Below are positions 1 through 8,298 of a stretch of 64,000 nucleotides of DNA, one piece after another. The stretch is from a virus. Taxonomy: Duplodnaviria > Caudoviricetes. The position numbers and the translations under genes are program-made. The first letter of the stretch is position 1; each line of letters opens with the position of its first letter. The notes under the pieces were generated by a model. It ran no database searches. It saw only the letters and a list, made by a program, of their open reading frames with translations, and was not told where the DNA came from. The stretch spans positions 1 through 64,000 of IMG/VR virus record IMGVR_UViG_3300048502_000133. One strand, given 5' to 3'.

Positions 1-26
1 AAGCAGTGGTATCAACGCAGAGTACT
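1..26 (+). other. library amplification adapter (SMART/ISPCR-type; also used as the PacBio ultra-low-input PCR adapter), not biological
   Basis: Bases 1-26 read AAGCAGTGGTATCAACGCAGAGTACT, the SMART primer sequence plus a T; its last T creates the TAG (26-28) that closes the otherwise open tape-measure frame. Confidence 0.95.
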
Positions 27-28
27 AG

Positions 29-712
29 AAAGCCGCAGGCGGTTCCAAAGCCTCCAGCTTTGGCCAGGTGCAGAGTTCGCTCAACCAGCTCAATCCCAGC
101 CAGCAGCAACAGCTCACGCAGAATCAACCGGGCCTGGCGAAGTCCATCGACATATGGAATCAGTTTGCACAGTCCGGGCAGGACGCGATCAAGGTCCAGG
201 CCCAGCTGTCCGAAGCGCATCGGCAGTTCACCTCCAATGTCAAGCAGCTCTCCAGTGCCTTCAGCATCGCCCAGCAGTCGGTTATGTTCGCCTTCGGGCG
301 CGGGTCACCGGGATCGCTCTTTACCCTGGTGCAGCAGCTAGGCGGCGCGGCGATCACCAAGGGCTGGCTCCCCGGCTCACCCAGTCTGCCGCAGGCTGCC
401 CAGGCGGTACAGACCAGCGCCGCCGCCACGCAGGTAGTGACGCAAGCGGCCCAGAGCGCCGCATCCTCCGGCGTGAAAGCGGCCCTGGCGTCAGGTGCCG
501 GGCGGGCCGCAGGCGCTGCGGCTGCCCAGGGCGCCGGTGCCGGGCTTCCCGCTGTCCCGGTGACCCCAGGGGCGGGCGCCGCTGGCGCAAGCGGGCTGGT
601 AGGGGCGCTGACCAACCCGGTGGGCATCGTGGCCACTGTCGTGGCGGCGCTGGCCGGTATCGGCCTTGCCGTCAATGAGAAGACCAGCGAACAGTCCCCA
701 GCAGCAGCATGA
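29..712 (+). CDS. tape measure protein, N-terminal part (5'-truncated by adapter; continues into 666-2579 after a probable frameshift)
   Basis: Frame open from 29; Ala/Gly/Gln-rich helical sequence with hydrophobic stretch LTNPVGIVATVVAALAGIGLAV typical of tape measure proteins. Confidence 0.75.
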   Translation, partial: KAAGGSKASSFGQVQSSLNQLNPSQQQQLTQNQPGLAKSIDIWNQFAQSGQDAIKVQAQLSEAHRQFTSNVKQLSSAFSIAQQSVMFAFGRGSPGSLFTLVQQLGGAAITKGWLPGSPSLPQAAQAVQTSAAATQVVTQAAQSAASSGVKAALASGAGRAAGAAAAQGAGAGLPAVPVTPGAGAAGASGLVGALTNPVGIVATVVAALAGIGLAVNEKTSEQSPAAA

Positions 713-2579
713 GCTTACCGCGAATACCGGGCTGGGCGGCGGGACTGCCTACGGGCAGACCCTGGGCACTGCGGGCGGGTATATTCTTGATACCGGGCAG
801 ACCCGCGCGCTCTACAATCAGTTGGGACGGGCGGGCGTCAGTAGCGGGCAGGTACGCGGCGTGGCGAATGACTCCGCCGCGTTTTCGCGCATCTCCGGCA
901 TGGACCCCCAGACAGTGGCCCAGCTGGCGGAAACCCAATCCGTCCAGGGCAACATGAGCGACAAGGACATAGCCAAGTTCTTTGACGCGATCGTGGTAGG
1001 CGCCAAAACCGTAGGCGTCAGCATGAACCGGCTCTATGACACGTTCTCCGCCTTCGGCGTGGCCACCGGCAACCTGGCACTGACATTGCATGGCCAGCTC
1101 TCACTGATGGGCGCCCAGCAGGCGTACGGGAAGTCCATCAATGCGGGCAGCGTGGGCGCGGGCCTGGAGACCGCGCAGGGCACAGACGTGATGAAGTTCG
1201 CCTCTATCCTGGGCATCTCGCAAGACCAGTTCATGCAGTACCAGGCGAACGATCCAGCAAAGCTGCAGGGGCTGACGCTGCAGTTCCTCAACAAGCAGAC
1301 CCAGGGGCTCAAGGGCGCCCAGCGTCTCTCCACCATGGAAGCGATAGATCAGGGCATCGGGGATCCCCTGGGGCTCTCCGGGTTGAACGCCAAGCAGGCC
1401 CAGACGCTGCTGAACACCGACCCAAACAAGCTCATCAATGCCGCCGCGAACATCGGGAAAAAGGTGCAACCCAGCGGCACCGATCTGACCAAGACCGGGC
1501 AGGCATACGGTGGATCGGATACCGGCGTGGTCGCGAAAGCCTTCAAGCAGATGGAGACCACCAGCGACGGCTGGCTGCAGAAAATAGCGACCAACACCAG
1601 CGACCTGATCAGCGCGGTAGAGAACGTACCAAAGGATCTGGTGAATCTCCTGACCAACGTGGTCACCAACCCCAGCCAGGGTATCCCGGACGCGCTCCAG
1701 CAGCTGCTGCCCGGCAGCGGGATACTCAATGCCCTGGTCGATCCGATGATGGCGCCCCTTGACGCCGGGATCGGGCTGCTGCACAGCTTCGGCGTGGGCG
1801 GCGGTGGCGGCGGCGGGAGCGCAGACATGCCGTTCGGCGGCGCCGGGTCACTCTACGGCAACGCCAACCCCACCACCCAGTACGGGTGGGGCTGGAACGG
1901 CAAGACCGCAGCGCCCGGTAACCAGTCCGGCGGCGGCGCTCCTTCTTCCGGCGGGAACCCGTCCAGAGGCGGCGTCCGGAACGGGCGTACCTACAAGGTC
2001 TCCAATACGCGCGGCGGTATCGATACGGTGAGCGGCGCGCTCTCCGATGCGTATCAGTTCGCGGCGCAACAGTACGGGCTGAACATCAATGACCTTCTCG
2101 CTATCGGCGCGCGTGAGTCCGACTTCAACGTCAACGCCCACGCGCCGGACGGTGGGCAGGGTATTATGCAGCTGCAGCCGGACACCGTAACGCAGCTCCT
2201 CTCCGGGAAAGGATTGAAAAACGATCCGTTTGCCGGGCGCCAGCTGACGAACAAGACGCAGTACGACCACGACAAGTACTTCAACCCCTACGACATGGGC
2301 GATAACGTCAGCGCCGGTGCCTACTGGTACGCCCAGAAACTGGCCGCAGCAGGCGGCAATGAGCAGCTAGGGCTCACCGGGTACAACGGCTATGCCAACG
2401 GCCCCGGCGTGGTTACTTCCTATGGTCAGCAAGTCTCCGCCGCCGCCCAGACGGTGATCATGATTCAAGACGCAACCTCCGGCGGTGTCGCGGTAACGGC
2501 GCGCGTCAACGGCAAGCCGGTGCCGATACAAAAGCGTGGCCCCAGAGGCGGGCGCGGCTACGGCGCTCAGGCGCAATAA
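666..2579 (+). CDS. tape measure protein, C-terminal part with lytic transglycosylase (SLT) domain
   Basis: SLT motifs AIGARESDFNVNA, GQGIMQL, DNVSAGAYW, GYNG near the C-terminus; lies directly upstream of baseplate genes. Confidence 0.85.
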   Translation: MPSMRRPANSPQQQHELTANTGLGGGTAYGQTLGTAGGYILDTGQTRALYNQLGRAGVSSGQVRGVANDSAAFSRISGMDPQTVAQLAETQSVQGNMSDKDIAKFFDAIVVGAKTVGVSMNRLYDTFSAFGVATGNLALTLHGQLSLMGAQQAYGKSINAGSVGAGLETAQGTDVMKFASILGISQDQFMQYQANDPAKLQGLTLQFLNKQTQGLKGAQRLSTMEAIDQGIGDPLGLSGLNAKQAQTLLNTDPNKLINAAANIGKKVQPSGTDLTKTGQAYGGSDTGVVAKAFKQMETTSDGWLQKIATNTSDLISAVENVPKDLVNLLTNVVTNPSQGIPDALQQLLPGSGILNALVDPMMAPLDAGIGLLHSFGVGGGGGGGSADMPFGGAGSLYGNANPTTQYGWGWNGKTAAPGNQSGGGAPSSGGNPSRGGVRNGRTYKVSNTRGGIDTVSGALSDAYQFAAQQYGLNINDLLAIGARESDFNVNAHAPDGGQGIMQLQPDTVTQLLSGKGLKNDPFAGRQLTNKTQYDHDKYFNPYDMGDNVSAGAYWYAQKLAAAGGNEQLGLTGYNGYANGPGVVTSYGQQVSAAAQTVIMIQDATSGGVAVTARVNGKPVPIQKRGPRGGRGYGAQAQ

Positions 2580-2588
2580 GGAGCACCC

Positions 2589-3113
2589 ATGCCGCACCAG
2601 TACACCACTGCCGATCTGGTAGACGCCATCAACAATCTGCAGGGACAGACGCTGACGATCGGCCCCTACCAGTTCACTGTGACGCCGTTTTCCTTTGTGA
2701 TGCGGGAATCACAGATTTACGTGTCCTACCCGGCCTACCGGAACATCATCCGCTTCGATTACGGCCAGCATGAGCGGGAGTTCGATATTACCGGCTTTTT
2801 TGAGAACGGCGGCGTGACGGAGCTGAAGAAGTCCGAAAAGATCCGGCCCCTCCTGGGCACCGGACCCGCGAACATCTACCCGCTCGTCTTCCCCTTCTTC
2901 GGCATTACGGAATCGTCCCCGGTCAGCGTCTACATCGATTCCTTTGAGGCCAGCGCCGATCAGTCCATGCCCAACTACATCCAGTACCAGATCGTCGCGC
3001 ACGAGTACCCCACCCCTGTCCCCCAGGCGGTACAGGTAGTCACTGCCCAGGCAGGCATCATGCAGGCCACCAGCGCCTTTGTGCAGGCGGCGCAAGCCGT
3101 TACCGGCTGGTAA
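2589..3113 (+). CDS. putative tail tube initiator / baseplate-associated protein
   Basis: 174-aa ORF with AAGGAG RBS right after tape measure; position matches contractile-tail gene order. Confidence 0.5.
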   Translation: MPHQYTTADLVDAINNLQGQTLTIGPYQFTVTPFSFVMRESQIYVSYPAYRNIIRFDYGQHEREFDITGFFENGGVTELKKSEKIRPLLGTGPANIYPLVFPFFGITESSPVSVYIDSFEASADQSMPNYIQYQIVAHEYPTPVPQAVQVVTAQAGIMQATSAFVQAAQAVTGW

Positions 3114-3123
3114 GGAGGCGCCC

Positions 3124-3360
3124 ATGGCTTCTACGAAGCGGTACACCTGGCAACCGTTAGACTCCGATCTTCGGGTGGCGTCCCGGTTCCAGCCAGAGAG
3201 CGGCTGGGCCGATGTGCCCACCTTCCTGGGCTACATCATCAACGCCAATCTGGTAGACCAGCCGCACCGGGTCACCGATCCTGCCTGGCAGTGGCAGGGC
3301 ATTTACGACTGGAACAACGTCACGCCGGGGCGCGTCATCCTCCTGCCCTACAAGAAATGA
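3124..3360 (+). CDS. small baseplate protein (gpX/LysM-like)
   Basis: AAGGAGG RBS then ATG at 3124; 78 aa ending in PGRVILLP, like gpX/LysM tail proteins; synteny. Confidence 0.5.
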   Translation: MASTKRYTWQPLDSDLRVASRFQPESGWADVPTFLGYIINANLVDQPHRVTDPAWQWQGIYDWNNVTPGRVILLPYKK

Positions 3361-3367
3361 GGGCGAC

Positions 3368-5728
3368 GTGCTGATTTACCAACCCACGTACACCCTCACT
3401 ATCATCAAGGCAGGCGTGTTCGGCTCCCCGACCGTACGCGGGATCTACCGCGTGACGGGCCTGATCAGCGGGGATCTCTCGCTCTATGTCTCCGGCGCCG
3501 TAGGGCAGGCAAATCTGGTGCTGGCAGACCCGAACGAAGAGATCAGCCAGATCGTAGACCCGCAGCCGATGGACGTGATCCAGGTCGCGCTCAATTCTCC
3601 CTACAAGCAAGAGAACGTGGTGGCCTGGACCGGCTTTGTCGATATGGTCACTGAGACCTACGATCCGGTAAACGGGCGTACGATCACCCTTGCCGGAAGT
3701 TCTCCCTGGAAACTCTGGGAGATTGTCTCCTATGACGTTTCCGCCCCGAACGCCAAGACCCAGATCAACGATGCGGCGTCGTTTGCCCTGGGGTTCATCC
3801 AGGGCATCGGCGCGCGGGATCTTATCTCGCTGACGGCAAACAGAGTCGGGTTCCCTGGCGCGCTGGCGGCGTGCGTCGATCCGGAGAACCCCAGCGTCGG
3901 CGTTCCTGCGGGCTTGCACATGTATACGGGCCTGGAGATCGTGGGACAGCGCTCCTTCTCGATTCCGGACAACGTATTCACCCAGCCCGACCAGCAGACC
4001 TACTCCAGCGTGCTGTCAGGCATCATTACCGATACCGGCATGGAGCTGTACTTCGATGAGTTCGGGAGCCTGATCTGGCGCCCGCTGGGCTATCTCAACA
4101 CTACCACCCCCATGCCGCTGGTCCTGGACAGCGAGATCATTAACGCCCAGTTCATGCTCTCCGATCAAAACGTCGCCACCCAGATCCGGGTGCGCTGGGC
4201 ATATGACTACACCCAGGCCATGGACGGCTGGGCACAGGCGCCGGTAGAGATGGAGAATCAGCTAGGGCGCCGGGTCTCCACCATCCCGACGCCCTGGATC
4301 TTCGCGAAGCCTTCGGCAGACTTCCTGGCGCAAAGCTTGCTGTACCAGTTCGCCGCGAACGTCGCTACCGGCGCGCTCAGTTGCCCCGCGAACCCTGGGC
4401 ACCGCATCGGGACCGTTATTCAAGTTCCGGCGCTGCATCGTGCCGGGCAGCACCAAGGGCAGACCCAGTACTACATCACCGGCAAGACGTACTCGTTGAC
4501 AGTGGGCGGCGCCTGGTTTGAGACGCTGATGCTGGGCTACGGACGCGCGCCGGGCCAGCAGTTCCCCTACCTGCCCGGCATCCCCAGCATGACGATCACC
4601 GATGCCGCAGCCGCCGCGCAGATCAAGGCTGGAAACTACGCCGATGGGAAGTCGCAACTCTCCATTGCCCCGACCGGCCAGCTCACCGCGCCCTATCCCA
4701 TCAGCACGTCGTTGCAGATTGCCGCCGGATACATTACCGGCCCATGGCCGGTAGGGACGATCGTACGCCTGGCGGATGCGAACGGACGCCCGCTGAACAC
4801 CACCAGCCAGAACGGAGAGTACATCGTAACGGCTCAGACGACCAGCCAGAGCGGCGCGGTGGTCATCGGCGGGCTCAGTGTCGGCGCGTTGCCGACAGAC
4901 GCGGTGGTGACGATTGTAAAATACGGCGACACGACCGGCACAGTGACGGGCTCCGGCGCGCAGGGTATTGTCACCGGTGGCGGTTCCAACGGTACCGGCG
5001 GGAGCCAGGCACAGGGGGGCTATGGCGGCGCGGGCGGATCGTCCAGTCCAAGTACGATCCCGCAGCTCATCAAGCCTACCGCAGGAACGCCCTACAACCC
5101 GTCCAGCTTTTACAACCCCGGCAACACCGGCTATACGGGCGCGTTCGGCGCCAAAATTGCTCCGACCAGCCAGCAATTCACCTTCTGGCCGAACGCGGGC
5201 GGTATCAGCGTGGGGATCTCCCAGTACTACGGTCCTACAACCGTCCTGAGTGAGCCTCCCGCATCGCCTCCAGGAGGCCAGTCCTACGCACACTTCCACT
5301 TCGGTATCGACCTAAAAGTGCCGTACCAGAGCCCGCTGTACGCCCCGTCCAGCGGCGTGGTGATCGGCGTGCAAAACGATCCGGTGCCCTGGGCCGATGG
5401 CGGGCGCGGGATCATCACCACCCACTACGACACGACCGGCTTCGGCCCGACAATGGTGATCCGCACCGGCAACCTGCTGGTGCTCCTGGCGCATTGCTCC
5501 AGCCAATGGACGCGCGGCGGGAACAACGCCGCCGGTGGCTCAGGTCCGTTTCAGGTGAACGTAGGGGATTACGTCACCGCCGGGCAGCTGGTGGCGATCA
5601 GCGGCGGTCTTCCTGGGGTGGACGGCAACACGACCGGCCCACACCTGCATCTCAGCGTCTACGACATAACGACCAGCTTCGGCTTCGTCAACCCGCTGGA
5701 CTACTTTGTCACCGCGAAGGTGCTCTAG
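3368..5728 (+). CDS. baseplate hub (gpD/Mu gp44-like) fused to C-terminal M23 metallopeptidase
   Basis: Hub-like N-half (ELYFDEFGSLIWRP); M23 motifs HFGIDL, LLAHCS, VNVGDYVTAGQLVA, GNTTGPHLHL. Confidence 0.85.
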   Translation: MLIYQPTYTLTIIKAGVFGSPTVRGIYRVTGLISGDLSLYVSGAVGQANLVLADPNEEISQIVDPQPMDVIQVALNSPYKQENVVAWTGFVDMVTETYDPVNGRTITLAGSSPWKLWEIVSYDVSAPNAKTQINDAASFALGFIQGIGARDLISLTANRVGFPGALAACVDPENPSVGVPAGLHMYTGLEIVGQRSFSIPDNVFTQPDQQTYSSVLSGIITDTGMELYFDEFGSLIWRPLGYLNTTTPMPLVLDSEIINAQFMLSDQNVATQIRVRWAYDYTQAMDGWAQAPVEMENQLGRRVSTIPTPWIFAKPSADFLAQSLLYQFAANVATGALSCPANPGHRIGTVIQVPALHRAGQHQGQTQYYITGKTYSLTVGGAWFETLMLGYGRAPGQQFPYLPGIPSMTITDAAAAAQIKAGNYADGKSQLSIAPTGQLTAPYPISTSLQIAAGYITGPWPVGTIVRLADANGRPLNTTSQNGEYIVTAQTTSQSGAVVIGGLSVGALPTDAVVTIVKYGDTTGTVTGSGAQGIVTGGGSNGTGGSQAQGGYGGAGGSSSPSTIPQLIKPTAGTPYNPSSFYNPGNTGYTGAFGAKIAPTSQQFTFWPNAGGISVGISQYYGPTTVLSEPPASPPGGQSYAHFHFGIDLKVPYQSPLYAPSSGVVIGVQNDPVPWADGGRGIITTHYDTTGFGPTMVIRTGNLLVLLAHCSSQWTRGGNNAAGGSGPFQVNVGDYVTAGQLVAISGGLPGVDGNTTGPHLHLSVYDITTSFGFVNPLDYFVTAKVL

Positions 5729-6934
5729 ATGAGTAAGCTCACCGACAGCGTGAAAGTTGTCCCGAACCGGCGGGCGCGGGTACAGCTCAGTCTCTCACTC
5801 ATGAAGTTACAAATGGCCGACAGCCTGGGAGGCACCGCGAACATCCCCCGCCCGATCGTGGGCGGGAACACGACTGGCCTGCACTACCAGCCCCAGCCCT
5901 ACGATGAAGTGATCGCCCTGGCGGAAGTCAACGGCTGGCATAGTACCGCAGTCTCCGCAGTCACGACCAACACCACGCTCCCGAACTACCTCCCGCTCCT
6001 GGGCATGAACCCCGGAGAGACCGCGATCTTCGGCGCCGATGGGCGTCAGGTCGCGTACGTGCGCTCCGATGGCTCAACGTATCTCTACAGCAAATCCACC
6101 GGCGCGCAGATCATCGTCACCAGCACCCAGAATCTACAGCTGTCTACGCCCACCGGCGGCACCATCTCCGTATCGGCGGGCGCCACCGGCACGATCTTGA
6201 TCACTGGGCTCAGTACGTTTCAGCAACTCGCGACCTATCAAGGAGGACTCACCGCGACCGGCGCGGTGAACATCAATACGACCGGCCCACACCTGCATCT
6301 CAGCGTCTACGACATAACGACCAGCTTCGGCTTCGTCAACCCGCTGGACTACTTTGTCACCGCGAAGGTGCTCTAGATGAGTAAGCTCACCGACAGCGTG
6401 AAAGTTGTCCCGAACCGGCGGGCGCGGGTACAGCTCAGTCTCTCACTCATGAAGTTACAAATGGCCGACAGCCTGGGAGGCACCGCGAACATCCCCCGCC
6501 CGATCGTGGGCGGGAACACGACTGGCCTGCACTACCAGCCCCAGCCCTACGATGAAGTGATCGCCCTGGCGGAAGTCAACGGCTGGCATAGTACCGCAGT
6601 CTCCGCAGTCACGACCAACACCACGCTCCCGAACTACCTCCCGCTCCTGGGCATGAACCCCGGAGAGACCGCGATCTTCGGCGCCGATGGGCGTCAGGTC
6701 GCGTACGTGCGCTCCGATGGCTCAACGTATCTCTACAGCAAATCCACCGGCGCGCAGATCATCGTCACCAGCACCCAGAATCTACAGCTGTCTACGCCCA
6801 CCGGCGGCACCATCTCCGTATCGGCGGGCGCCACCGGCACGATCTTGATCACTGGGCTCAGTACGTTTCAGCAACTCGCGACCTATCAAGGAGGACTCAC
6901 CGCGACCGGCGCGGTGAACATCAATACGACCGGC
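5630..6934 (+). repeat. exact 648-bp tandem duplication bounded by 9-bp microhomology ACGACCGGC
   Basis: ACGACCGGC at 5630, 6278 and 6926; 5630-6277 repeats as 6278-6925; ORFs 5729 and 6377 have identical first 186 aa. Confidence 0.95.
5729..6376 (+). CDS. chimeric duplicate: spike N-terminal 186 aa + last 29 aa of hub/M23
   Basis: Junction NINTTG|PHLHLSVYDITTSFGFVNPLDYFVTAKVL created by the in-frame duplication; may be an artefact. Confidence 0.5.
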   Translation: MSKLTDSVKVVPNRRARVQLSLSLMKLQMADSLGGTANIPRPIVGGNTTGLHYQPQPYDEVIALAEVNGWHSTAVSAVTTNTTLPNYLPLLGMNPGETAIFGADGRQVAYVRSDGSTYLYSKSTGAQIIVTSTQNLQLSTPTGGTISVSAGATGTILITGLSTFQQLATYQGGLTATGAVNINTTGPHLHLSVYDITTSFGFVNPLDYFVTAKVL

Positions 6935-7693
6935 ACCGGGCAGACCACCGCGATCGGGGACGCGACTAACCCGACCAGCGTGGGCGGCGTCCTGGGGGTC
7001 ACCGGCCTGACCACCGGCACCGGCGGCTTCTCCGTCAACGGGACGAACAAAATTTCCAGCATCCTTGTCTTCACCGCGACGGTGAGTAGCGCGGTGTTTA
7101 CGGCAACCGCCATGACCCAGGCAACATACAACGCCCCCAGCTTCACGAACCCAACCTACGGCGCTCCCGGCTTCAGCCCTGCCACCTACAGCGGTGCCTC
7201 TGCCTCCTCGACAGGCAGTGTGAACGTGTACCCGCAGAGTTCGTTCAGCATAGGGGGCTGGCTCTCTACCAGCAGCGGCGGCTTCGTCGCCAACGCCAGC
7301 ATCTCCAGCACGCCCCCGACAGGTGCGAGTACTACAGCGGTGTCTACGGGTGTGAGCTGGAACGCGGGGACGTTCTACGGCGGCGCGATCACCAGCGGCC
7401 CGCCCCTCTCCCTTGGCGGCTCCGTAGGCGCGGTCAACAGTGTCAATACCCCCGCAACGGTGACCATTGGCACCGGCACGATCAGTCCCTCCTGGTCTCC
7501 TGCGGTGTCCAACGTCGCGGTAGGAGACTACTGTATCGCCAGTATTCCGGCGCTAGCCTCCCACCCAGAAATCACCTGGGCCGCGCAGATCACCTCCGCG
7601 AATACCATCGTCATCACCTTTACCAACGTCAGCACCACTACGGTAACGATCACCAACATGGCGATAAACCTGCTGGTGCTCAAGGCTTCATAG
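6377..7693 (+). CDS. baseplate central spike (gpV/Mu gp45-like) with long C-terminal extension
   Basis: Position after hub; YQPQPYDEVI...MNPGETAIFGADG...RSDG pattern of gp45-like spikes followed by beta-rich Thr/Gly/Ser tail. Confidence 0.7.
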   Translation: MSKLTDSVKVVPNRRARVQLSLSLMKLQMADSLGGTANIPRPIVGGNTTGLHYQPQPYDEVIALAEVNGWHSTAVSAVTTNTTLPNYLPLLGMNPGETAIFGADGRQVAYVRSDGSTYLYSKSTGAQIIVTSTQNLQLSTPTGGTISVSAGATGTILITGLSTFQQLATYQGGLTATGAVNINTTGTGQTTAIGDATNPTSVGGVLGVTGLTTGTGGFSVNGTNKISSILVFTATVSSAVFTATAMTQATYNAPSFTNPTYGAPGFSPATYSGASASSTGSVNVYPQSSFSIGGWLSTSSGGFVANASISSTPPTGASTTAVSTGVSWNAGTFYGGAITSGPPLSLGGSVGAVNSVNTPATVTIGTGTISPSWSPAVSNVAVGDYCIASIPALASHPEITWAAQITSANTIVITFTNVSTTTVTITNMAINLLVLKAS

Positions 7694-7791
7694 CAAACAG
7701 AGAGGAGGGCGTCAGGGGGGACGAACACTGCGTGCAGCAAGGCCGTCATTCCCCTCCGGGTTAAAACCCGGAGTCCCCTGACAGAACGTGT

Positions 7792-8289
7792 ATGGCCCAG
7801 CCTGCCCTGGCAACCCCCACTGGAGAGGTGGCAGTGAGCTACCTCCCGACTTCCTCCAGCGCGTCGGTACTGACCAACCCCTTGACAGTGGATTACCCGC
7901 TGGCCAGTGACGGGGATCTGGCTGTCGTTGTCGGCCCTTCCCGCTTGCAGCAGTATCTGGTGCGCTTCCTGTACCAGACCCCCGGCGCGGATCCGTTTGA
8001 CCCCACCTACGGCAACAAGGTGCTGCTCCGGCAGGGCACCCCGATACTTTCCGACAACACCCAATACGCCCAGGATGTGCTGGACTCCCTGGCGCTGTTC
8101 AAGGCCCGCATGACGCAGAACCTGGCGGCGGGCACCATCTCTCCGGATGAGATGCCCGCCAGCTTTACCGTCACCGCGCAGATTAACCCGACCACCGCCA
8201 CGCTTTCCGTCTTCGTGACGGCGTACTCCGTCAGCGGTGTACAGGTGCAGGCTGCTGCTTCTCTCCCCTTGAACAGTACCCCCTCATAG
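7792..8289 (+). CDS. baseplate wedge protein (gp25/gpW-like)
   Basis: LQQYLVRFLYQTPGADPFDPTYGN resembles the gp25/gpW motif; synteny before baseplate J. Confidence 0.75.
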   Translation: MAQPALATPTGEVAVSYLPTSSSASVLTNPLTVDYPLASDGDLAVVVGPSRLQQYLVRFLYQTPGADPFDPTYGNKVLLRQGTPILSDNTQYAQDVLDSLALFKARMTQNLAAGTISPDEMPASFTVTAQINPTTATLSVFVTAYSVSGVQVQAAASLPLNSTPS

Positions 8290-8298
8290 GAGGCGCCG

